Source of the DNA: Auanema rhodensis
Lineage: Eukaryota; Animalia; Nematoda
DNA: 64,000 nucleotides
Assembly (NCBI GenBank): GCA_964057225.1
Contig: OZ059895.1
Location: 21,576,001-21,640,000, forward strand
Direction of reading: 5' to 3'
The position numbers and the translations under genes were made by a program. Below the pieces are notes generated by a model that was not told the DNA's origin, did not search any database, and saw nothing but the letters and a program-made list of their open reading frames with translations. Positions 1-9,256 of this stretch are shown piece by piece (position 1 is the first letter of the stretch; each line of letters starts with the position of its first letter).

Positions 1-2
1 GT

Positions 3-641
3 AGACTTTGTTCTGCTCCTAGAGAAACTCCGGAACATGTTGTTTCATGCTGTCCGCAATTTCGCCCAACCTTAATGTTAGACAGACATAATAGCGCGGC
101 TCGAAATATCTATTATTGGCTCTGTAAAAAGTTTGGTTTCCAAACGATACATCATACTCAGAAAGTTCCGGTAGTACAAACGAACGGTGACAAGACGATA
201 TGGTGGGACAGGTACTTCGATACCCCAAATAAGCTGGATCATTATAGACCAGATATTGTTTACCATGATTCTTCGAGGAAAGCAATATATATTATTGAGA
301 TTGGCATATCTTGGATTACCAGGATAGATGAAAACATCAGTCGTAAGTATAATAAATACGCGGTAAATTCGTGCTTATCTGACACACATGTGCTACCGTA
401 TCCTCCAGGGTTATCTTTGGCTCGGGAGTTACAGAACATGTATGGTTCAACTGTGCATGTGGTACCTGTTGTGGTAGGGTGTGGTGGTGAAGTAACTGAG
501 AGCTCTCTTGAGCACTTGAAAAGACTTCCTACTATAAGTCATGATGAAACTATCTACCTCTTGGAGAGAATCCAACGTAGTGCTGTATTAGGAACTGATA
601 GAGTAATTAAAGCCCATTTAAGTTCCTTCGGGAAAAATTAA
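3..641 (+). CDS. C-terminus of a non-LTR retrotransposon polyprotein: CCHC zinc knuckle + restriction-like endonuclease (partial, 5' end outside the window)
   Basis: The frame of the 75..641 ORF is open back to the window edge: (C)RLCSAPRETPEHVVSCCPQFRPTLMLDRHNSAARNIYYWLC, giving C-x2-C-x8-H-x4-C (first Cys codon cut by the edge) then RHN. The catalytic region RPDIV...IIEIG and RKYNKY follow. There are no internal stops and it ends at TAA 639-641. The ATG at 75 is internal, not the true start. Confidence 0.92.
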   Translation, partial: RLCSAPRETPEHVVSCCPQFRPTLMLDRHNSAARNIYYWLCKKFGFQTIHHTQKVPVVQTNGDKTIWWDRYFDTPNKLDHYRPDIVYHDSSRKAIYIIEIGISWITRIDENISRKYNKYAVNSCLSDTHVLPYPPGLSLARELQNMYGSTVHVVPVVVGCGGEVTESSLEHLKRLPTISHDETIYLLERIQRSAVLGTDRVIKAHLSSFGKN

Positions 642-939
642 CTTCGATGAATCTCCACCAGGAAGATCGGTGGATGTGTCTTTGCGAGACTATTCTATTT
701 GAGTTTACTCTTATAGTAGATAATTCTGAATCAGCTGAATGGATGTGGCGAACATCTGGGTAAGAACAGTAAGCTGGTAACTTGAAGTAGAAAGACCTCC
801 GGGAAACAACAGGGTAATATCATAGGTTATTAACTCGTCGTACTGTGAACATGCACTGTCCCAGGTTCCATTCGGGTAACGCTAACATTTCTACGGATGG
901 TTGTGCACTCCTGTAACAAGGGTGCTTCAGTCGATAGTC
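642..939 (+). other. 3' UTR of the retrotransposon with several predicted stem-loops
   Basis: Non-coding sequence between the stop and the satellite. Inverted repeats include tccacc/ggtgga (654-674), gtct/agac (~678-690), gagt/actc (~701-710) and gcactc/gggtgc (905-925, one G-U pair). Confidence 0.65.
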
Positions 940-3900
940 AGAAACGCTTTATAGAAAAATTAGTTATGATCGTTTGAAAAATGATGCATTAGTGTATGTT
1001 GAGTTTCCATGTACACTCAACATTGCTTCCAAAAACATTTTGACAAAAATTTTTTCGAGAAATTTCAAAATAATCTAGCAAAAGTAGATGTTTTTAGATT
1101 CCTTTTTTCAAGGCAAAGACGATGGACAATGTTATTCAACGAAAAAATCAATTCCTCAGGGTGAAAATCGAGGATATAAGTGTGAACTTATATCAGTTGA
1201 TATCTCGGTGCATTTTTAAGCTAGCGCAAATCTGATAACACAGATCGACGCAGCTTAAAAATCCGCATCGAATGCACTATACTACATTGAGAAACGCTTT
1301 ATAGAAAAATTAGTTATGATCGTTTGAAAAATGATGCATTAGTGTATGTTGAGTTTCCATGTACACTCAACATTGCTTCCAAAAACATTTTGACAAAAAT
1401 TTTTTCGAGAAATTTCAAAATAATCTAGCAAAAGTAGATGTTTTTAGATTCATTTTTCCAAGGCAAAGACGATGGACAATGTTATTCAACGAAAAAATCT
1501 ATTCTTCAGGGTGAAAATCGAGGATATAAGTGTGAACTTATATCAGTTGATATCTCGGTGCATTTTTAAGCTAGCGCAAATCTGATAACACAGATCGACG
1601 CAGCTTAAAAATCCGCATCGAATGCACTATACTACATTGAGAAACGCTTTATAGAAAAATTAGTTATGATCGTTTGAAAAATGATGCATTAGTGTATGTT
1701 GAGTTTCCATGTACACTCAACATTGCTTCCAAAAACATTTTGACAAAAATTTTTTCGAGAAATTTCAAAATAATCTAGCAAAAGTAGATGTTTTTAGATT
1801 CCTTTTTTCAAGGCAAAGACGATGGACAATGTTATTCAACGAAAAAATCAATTCCTCAGGGTGAAAATCGAGGATATAAGTGTGAACTTATATCAGTTGA
1901 TATCTCGGTGCATTTTTAAGCTAGCGCAAATCTGATAACACAGATCGACGCAGCTTAAAAATCCGCATCGAATGCACTATACTACATTGAGAAACGCTTT
2001 ATAGAAAAATTAGTTATGATCGTTTGAAAAATGATGCATTAGTGTATGTTGAGTTTCCATGTACACTCAACATTGCTTCCAAAAACATTTTGACAAAAAT
2101 TTTTTCGAAAAATTTCAATATAATTTAGCAAAAAGTAGATGTTTTTAGATTCCTTTTTTCAAGGCAAAGACGATGGACATTGTTATTCAACGAAAAAATT
2201 AATTCTTCAGGGTGAAAATCGAGGATATAAGTGTGAACTTATATCAGTTGATATCTCGGTGCATTTTTAAGCTAGCGCAAATCTGATAACACAGATCGAC
2301 GCAGCTCAAAAATCCGCATCGAATGCACTATACTACACTGAGAAACGCTTAATACAAAAATTAGTTATGATCGTTTGAAAAATGATGCATTAGTGTATGT
2401 TGAGTTTCCATGTACACTCAACATTGCTTCCAAAAACATTTTGACAAAAATTTTTTCGAGAAATTTCAAAATAATCTAGCGAAAGTAGATGTTTTTAGAT
2501 TCCTTTTTTCAAGGCAAAGACGATGGACAATGTTATTCAACGAAAAAATCAATTCTTCAGGGTGAAAATCGAGGATATAAGTGTGAACTTATATCAGTTG
2601 ATATCTCGGTGCATTTTCAAGCTAGCGCAAATCTGATAACACAGATCGACGCAGCTTAAAAATCCGCATCGAATGCACTATACTACACTGAGAAACGCTT
2701 AATACAAAAATTAGTTATGATTGTTTGAAAAATGATGCATTAGTGTATGTTGAGTTTCCATGTACACTCAACATTGCTTCCAAAAATATTTTGACAAAAA
2801 TTTTTTCGAGAAATTTCAAAATAATCTAGCGAAAGTAGATGTTTTTAGATTCCTTTTTTCAAAGCAAAGACGATGGACAATGTTATTCAACGAAAAAATC
2901 AATTCTTCAGGGTGAAAATCGAGGATATAAGTGTGAACTTATATCAGTTGATATCTCGGTGCATTTGCAAGCTAGCGCAAATCTGATAACACAGATCGAC
3001 GCAGCTTAAAAATCCGCATCGAATGCACTATACTACACTGAGAAACGCTTAATACAAAAATTAGTTATGATCGTTTGAAAAATTATGCATTAGTGTATGT
3101 TGAGTTTCCATGTACACTCAACATTGCTTCCAAAAACATTTTGACAAAAATTTTTTCGAAAAATTTTAAAATAATTTATCAAAAAGTAGATGTTTTTAGA
3201 TTCCTTTTTTTAAGGCAAAGACGATGGACAATGTTATTCAACGAAAAAATTAATTCTTCAGGGTGAAAATCGAGGATATAAGTGTGAACTTATATCAGTT
3301 GATATCTCGGTGCATTTTTAAGCTAGCGCAAATCTGATAACACAGATCGACGCAGCTTAAAAATCCGCATCGAATGCACTATACTACATTGAGAAACGCT
3401 TTATAGAAAAATTAGTTATGATCGTTTGAAAAATGATGCATTAGTGTATGTTGAGTTTCCATGTACACTCAACATTGCTTCCAAAAACATTTTGACAAAA
3501 ATTTTTTCGAGAAATTTCAAAATAATCTAGCAAAAGTAGATGTTTTTAGATTTCTTTTTTTAAGGCAAAGACGATGGACAATGTTATTCAACGAAAAAAT
3601 TAATTCTTCAGGGTGAAAATCGAGGATATAAGTGTGAACTTATATCAGTTGATATCTCGGTGCATTTCTAAGCTAGCGCAAATCTGATAACACAGATCGA
3701 CGCAGCTTAAAAATCCGCATCGAATGCACTATACTACATTGAGAAACGCTTTATAGAAAAATTAGTTATGATCGTTTGAAAAATGATGCATTAGTGTATG
3801 TTGAGTTTCCATGTACACTCAACATTGCTTCCAAAAACATTTTGACAAAAATTTTTTCGAGAAATTTCAAAATAATCTAGCAAAAGTAGATGTTTTTAGA

Positions 3901-5976
3901 TTCATTTTTTCAAGGCAAAGACGATGGACAATGTTATTCAACGAAAAAATCTATTCTTCAGGGTGAAAATCGAGGATATAAGTGTGAACTTATATCAGTT
4001 GATATCTCGGTGCATTTTTAAGCTAGCGCAAATCTGATAACACAGATCGACGCAGCTTAAAAATCCGCATCGAATGCACTATACTACATTGAGAAACGCT
4101 TTATAGAAAAATTAGTTATGATCGTTTGAAAAATGATGCATTAGTGTATGTTGAGTTTCCATGTACACTCAACATTGCTTCCAAAAACATTTTGACAAAA
4201 ATTTTTTCGAGAAATTTCAAAATAATCTAGCAAAAGTAGATGTTTTTAGATTTATTTTTTCAAGGCAAAGACGATGGACAATGTTATTCAACGAAAAAAT
4301 CTATTCTTCAGGGTGAAAATCGAGGATATAAGTGTGAACTTATATCAGTTGATATCTCGGTGCATTTTTAAGCTAGCGCAAATCTGATAACACAGATCGA
4401 CGCAGCTTAAAAATCCGCATCGAATGCACTATACTACATTGAGAAACGCTTTATAGAAAAATTAGTTATGATCGTTTGAAAAATGATGCATTAGTGTATG
4501 TTGAGTTTCCATGTACACTCAACATTGCTTCCAAAAACATTTTGACAAAAATTTTTTCGAAAAATTTCAATATAATTTAGCAAAAAGTAGATGTTTTTAG
4601 ATTCCTTTTTTCAAGGCAAAGACGATGGACATTGTTATTCAACGAAAAAATTAATTCTTCAGGGTGAAAATCGAGGATATAAGTGTGAACTTATATCAGT
4701 TGATATCTCGGTGCATTTTTAAGCTAGCGCAAATCTGAGAACACAGATCGACGCAGCTTAAAAATCCGCATCGAATGCACTATACTACATTGAGAAACGC
4801 TTTATAGAAAAATTAGTTATAATCGTTTGAAAAATGATGCATTAGTGTATGTTGAGTTTCCATGTACACTCAACATTGCTTCCAAAAACATTTTGACAAA
4901 AATTTTTTCGAGAAATTTCAAAATAATCTAGCAAAAGTAGATGTTTTCAGATTCCTTTTTTCAAGGCAAAGACGATGGACAATGTTATTCAACGAAAAAA
5001 TCAATTCTTCAGGGTGAAAATCGAGGATATAAGTGTGAACTTATATCAGTTGATATCTCGGTGCATTTTTAAGCTAGCGCAAATCTGATAACACAGATCG
5101 ACGCAGCTTAAAAATCCGCATCGAATGCACTGTACTACACTGAGAAACGCTTAATACAAAAATTAGTTATGATCGTTTGAAAAATTATGCATTAGTGTAT
5201 GTTGAGTTTCCATGTACACTCAACATTGCTTCCAAAAACATTTTGACAAAAATTTTTTCGAGAAATTTCAAAATAATCTAGCACAAGTAGATGTTTTTAG
5301 ATTTCTTTTTTTAAGGCAAAGACGATGGACAATGTTATTCAACGAAAAAATTAATTCTTCAGGGTGAAAATCGAGGATATAAGTGTGAACTTATATCAGT
5401 TGATATCTCGGTGCATTTTTAAGCTAGCGCAAATCTGAGAACACAGATCGACGCAGCTTAAAAATCCGCATCGAATGCACTATACTACATTGAGAAACGC
5501 TTTATAGAAAAATTAGTTATGATCGTTTGAAAAATGATGCATTAGTGTATGTTGAGTTTCCATGTACACTCAACATTGCTTCCAAAAACATTTTGACAAA
5601 AATTTTTTCGAGAAATTTCAAAATAATCTAGCACAAGTAGATGTTTTTAGATTCCTTTTTTTAAGGCAAAGACGATGGACAATGTTATTCAACGAAAAAA
5701 TTAATTCTTCAGGGTGAAAATCGAGGATATAAGTGTGAACTTATATCAGTTGATATCTCGGTGCATTTTTAAGCTAGCGCAAATCTGAGAACACAGATCG
5801 ACGCAGCTTAAAAATCCGCATCGAATGCACTATACTACATTGAGAAACGCTTTATAGAAAAATTAGTTATGATCGTTTGAAAAATGATGCATTAGTGTAT
5901 GTTGAGTTTCCATGTACACTCAACATTGCTTCCAAAAACATTTTGACAAAAATTTTTTCGAAAAATTTCAATATAA
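940..5976 (+). repeat. Satellite DNA, 350/351-bp monomer, orientation A (~14.4 copies)
   Basis: gaaacgctt recurs at 941, 1291, 1641, 1991, 2342 and onward. Monomers differ at only a few sites. The block ends mid-monomer at ...aatttcaatataa (5976). Confidence 0.98.
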
Positions 5977-8900
5977 CCGAGATATCAACTGATATAAGTT
6001 CACACTTATATCCTCGATTTTCACCCTGAAGAATTAATTTTTTCGTTGAATAACAATGTCCATCGTCTTTGCCTTGAAAAAAGGAATCTAAAAACATCTA
6101 CTTTTTGCTAAATTATATTGAAATTTTTCGAAAAAATTTTTGTCAAAATGTTTTTGGAAGCAATGTTGAGTGTACATGGAAACTCAACATACACTAATGC
6201 ATCATTTTTCAAACGATCATAACTAATTTTTCTATAAAGCGTTTCTCAATGTAGTATAGTGCATTCGATGCGGATTTTTAAGCTGCGTCGATCTGTGTTA
6301 TCAGATTTGCGCTAGCTTAAAAATGCACCGAGATATCAACTGATATAAGTTCACACTTATATCCTCGATTTTCACCCTGAAGAATAGATTTTTTCGTTGA
6401 ATAACATTGTCCATCGTCTTTGCCTTGAAAAAATAAATCTAAAAACATCTACTTTTGCTAGATTATTTTGAAATTTCTCGAAAAAATTTTTGTCAAAATG
6501 TTTTTGGAAGCAATGTTGAGTGTACATGGAAACTCAACATACACTAATGCATCATTTTTCAAACGATCATAACTAATTTTTCTATAAAGCGTTTCTCAAT
6601 GTAGTATAGTGCATTCGATGCGGATTTTTAAGCTGCGTCGATCTGTGTTATCAGATTTGCGCTAGCTTAAAAATGCACCGAGATATCAACTGATATAAGT
6701 TCACACTTATATCCTCGATTTTCAACCTGAAGAATTAATTTTTTCGTTGAATAACATTGTCCATCGTCTTTGCCTTGAAAAAAGGAATCTAAAAACATCT
6801 ACTTTTTGCTAAATTATATTGAAATTTTTCGAAAAAATTTTTGTCAAAATGTTTTTGGAAGCAATGTTGAGTGTACATGGAAACTCAACATACACTAATG
6901 CATCATTTTTCAAACGATCATAACTAATTTTTCTATAAAGCGTTTCTCAATGTAGTATAGTGCATTCGATGCGGATTTTTAAGCTGCGTCGATCTGTGTT
7001 CTCAGATTTGCGCTAGCTTAAAAATGCACCGAGATATCAACTGATATAAGTTCACACTTATATCCTCGATTTTCACCCTGAAGAATTAATTTTTTCGTTG
7101 AATAACATTGTCCATCGTCTTTGCCTTAAAAAAAGGAATCTAAAAACATCTACTTGTGCTAGATTATTTTGAAATTTCTCGAAAAAATTTTTGTCAAAAT
7201 GTTTTTGGAAGCAATGTTGAGTGTACATGGAAACTCAACATACACTAATGCATCATTTTTCAAACGATCATAACTAATTTTTCTATAAAGCGTTTCTCAA
7301 TGTAGTATAGTGCATTCGATGCGGATTTTTAAGCTGCGTCGATCTGTGTTCTCAGATTTGCGCTAGCTTAAAAATGCACCGAGATATCAACTGATATAAG
7401 TTCACACTTATATCCTCGATTTTCACCCTGAAGAATTAATTTTTTCGTTGAATAACATTGTCCATCGTCTTTGCCTTAAAAAAAGAAATCTAAAAACATC
7501 TACTTGTGCTAGATTATTTTGAAATTTCTCGAAAAAATTTTTGTCAAAATGTTTTTGGAAGCAATGTTGAGTGTACATGGAAACTCAACATACACTAATG
7601 CATAATTTTTCAAACGATCATAACTAATTTTTGTATTAAGCGTTTCTCAGTGTAGTACAGTGCATTCGATGCGGATTTTTAAGCTGCGTCGATCTGTGTT
7701 ATCAGATTTGCGCTAGCTTAAAAATGCACCGAGATATCAACTGATATAAGTTCACACTTATATCCTCGATTTTCACCCTGAAGAATTGATTTTTTCGTTG
7801 AATAACATTGTCCATCGTCTTTGCCTTGAAAAAAGGAATCTGAAAACATCTACTTTTGCTAGATTATTTTGAAATTTCTCGAAAAAATTTTTGTCAAAAT
7901 GTTTTTGGAAGCAATGTTGAGTGTACATGGAAACTCAACATACACTAATGCATCATTTTTCAAACGATTATAACTAATTTTTCTATAAAGCGTTTCTCAA
8001 TGTAGTATAGTGCATTCGATGCGGATTTTTAAGCTGCGTCGATCTGTGTTCTCAGATTTGCGCTAGCTTAAAAATGCACCGAGATATCAACTGATATAAG
8101 TTCACACTTATATCCTCGATTTTCACCCTGAAGAATTAATTTTTTCGTTGAATAACAATGTCCATCGTCTTTGCCTTGAAAAAAGGAATCTAAAAACATC
8201 TACTTTTTGCTAAATTATATTGAAATTTTTCGAAAAAATTTTTGTCAAAATGTTTTTGGAAGCAATGTTGAGTGTACATGGAAACTCAACATACACTAAT
8301 GCATCATTTTTCAAACGATCATAACTAATTTTTCTATAAAGCGTTTCTCAATGTAGTATAGTGCATTCGATGCGGATTTTTAAGCTGCGTCGATCTGTGT
8401 TATCAGATTTGCGCTAGCTTAAAAATGCACCGAGATATCAACTGATATAAGTTCACACTTATATCGTCGATTTTCACCCTGAAGAATAGATTTTTTCGTT
8501 GAATAACATTGTCCATCGTCTTTGCCTTGAAAAAATAAATCTAAAAACATCTACTTTTGCTAGATTATTTTGAAATTTCTCGAAAAAATTTTTGTCAAAA
8601 TGTTTTTGGAAGCAATGTTGAGTGTACATGGAAACTCAACATACACTAATGCATCATTTTTCAAACGATCATAACTAATTTTTCTATAAAGCGTTTCTCA
8701 ATGTAGTATAGTGCATTCGATGCGGATTTTTAAGCTGCGTCGATCTGTGTTATCAGATTTGCGCTAGCTTAAAAATGCACCGAGATATCAACTGATATAA
8801 GTTCACACTTATATCCTCGATTTTCACCCTGAAGAATAGATTTTTTCGTTGAATAACATTGTCCATCGTCTTTGCCTTGAAAAAATGAATCTAAAAACAT

Positions 8901-9256
8901 CTACTTTTGCTAGATTATTTTGAAATTTCTCGAAAAAATTTTTGTCAAAATGTTTTTGGAAGCAATGTTGAGTGTACATGGAAACTCAACATACACTAAT
9001 GCATCATTTTTCAAACGATCATAACTAATTTTTCTATAAAGCGTTTCTCAATGTAGTATAGTGCATTCGATGCGGATTTTTAAGCTGCGTCGATCTGTGT
9101 TATCAGATTTGCGCTAGCTTAGAAATGCACCGAGATATCAACTGATATAAGTTCACACTTATATCCTCGATTTTCACCCTGAAGAATTAATTTTTTCGTT
9201 GAATAACATTGTCCATCGTCTTTGCCTTAAAAAAAGAAATCTAAAAACATCTACTT
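3534..9256. repeat. Long inverted duplication (arms 3534-5976 and 6814-9256, 2443 bp each; 837-bp spacer)
   Basis: Rare variants mirror with a constant coordinate sum of 12790: 4821a/7969t, 3668c/9122g and 5976/6814. The mirror breaks at 3533/9257. Confidence 0.85.

Larger units (their letters stand above)
1..939 (+). mobile_element. 3' portion of an RLE-type non-LTR retrotransposon (R4/Dong-like clade), 5' part outside the window
   Basis: The ORF encodes a CCHC knuckle followed by a restriction-like endonuclease. It is followed by ~300 bp of non-satellite 3' UTR ending where satellite identity starts (tcgatagtc|agaaacgcttt, 939/940). The clade call comes from recalled motif spacing (WWD..T..RPDIV..IIEI..K..KY..L..EL..V.VVPVVVG..G), not a search. 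Confidence 0.88.

Noticed and set aside
19-285. Minus-strand ORFs 19..285 and 78..266
   Set aside because: They are antisense shadows of the retrotransposon ORF with no motifs.
940-1290. Monomer as a tandem 5S rRNA, tRNA, snRNA or spliced-leader gene unit (usual RLE targets)
   Set aside because: I recognise no 5S, tRNA, SL or Sm-site sequence and the monomer is very AT-rich. An Rfam search would be needed to exclude a divergent RNA formally.
940-1290. 351-bp monomer as a diverged direct dimer of ~175 bp
   Set aside because: Apart from the two hairpins at half-monomer spacing, I could not align the halves by eye.
6025-6085. Hammerhead ribozyme in the satellite (ctgaaga matches CUGANGA, with a later gaaa)
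   Set aside because: No stem II can form between ctgaaga and the next gaaa, and no stem I/III is apparent. Both motifs are disrupted in some monomers (ctgagga, ctggaga, cttaaaa).
5867-6097. 76-aa ORF unique in the array
   Set aside because: It spans the inversion junction at 5976 and is a chance fusion of two satellite frames.
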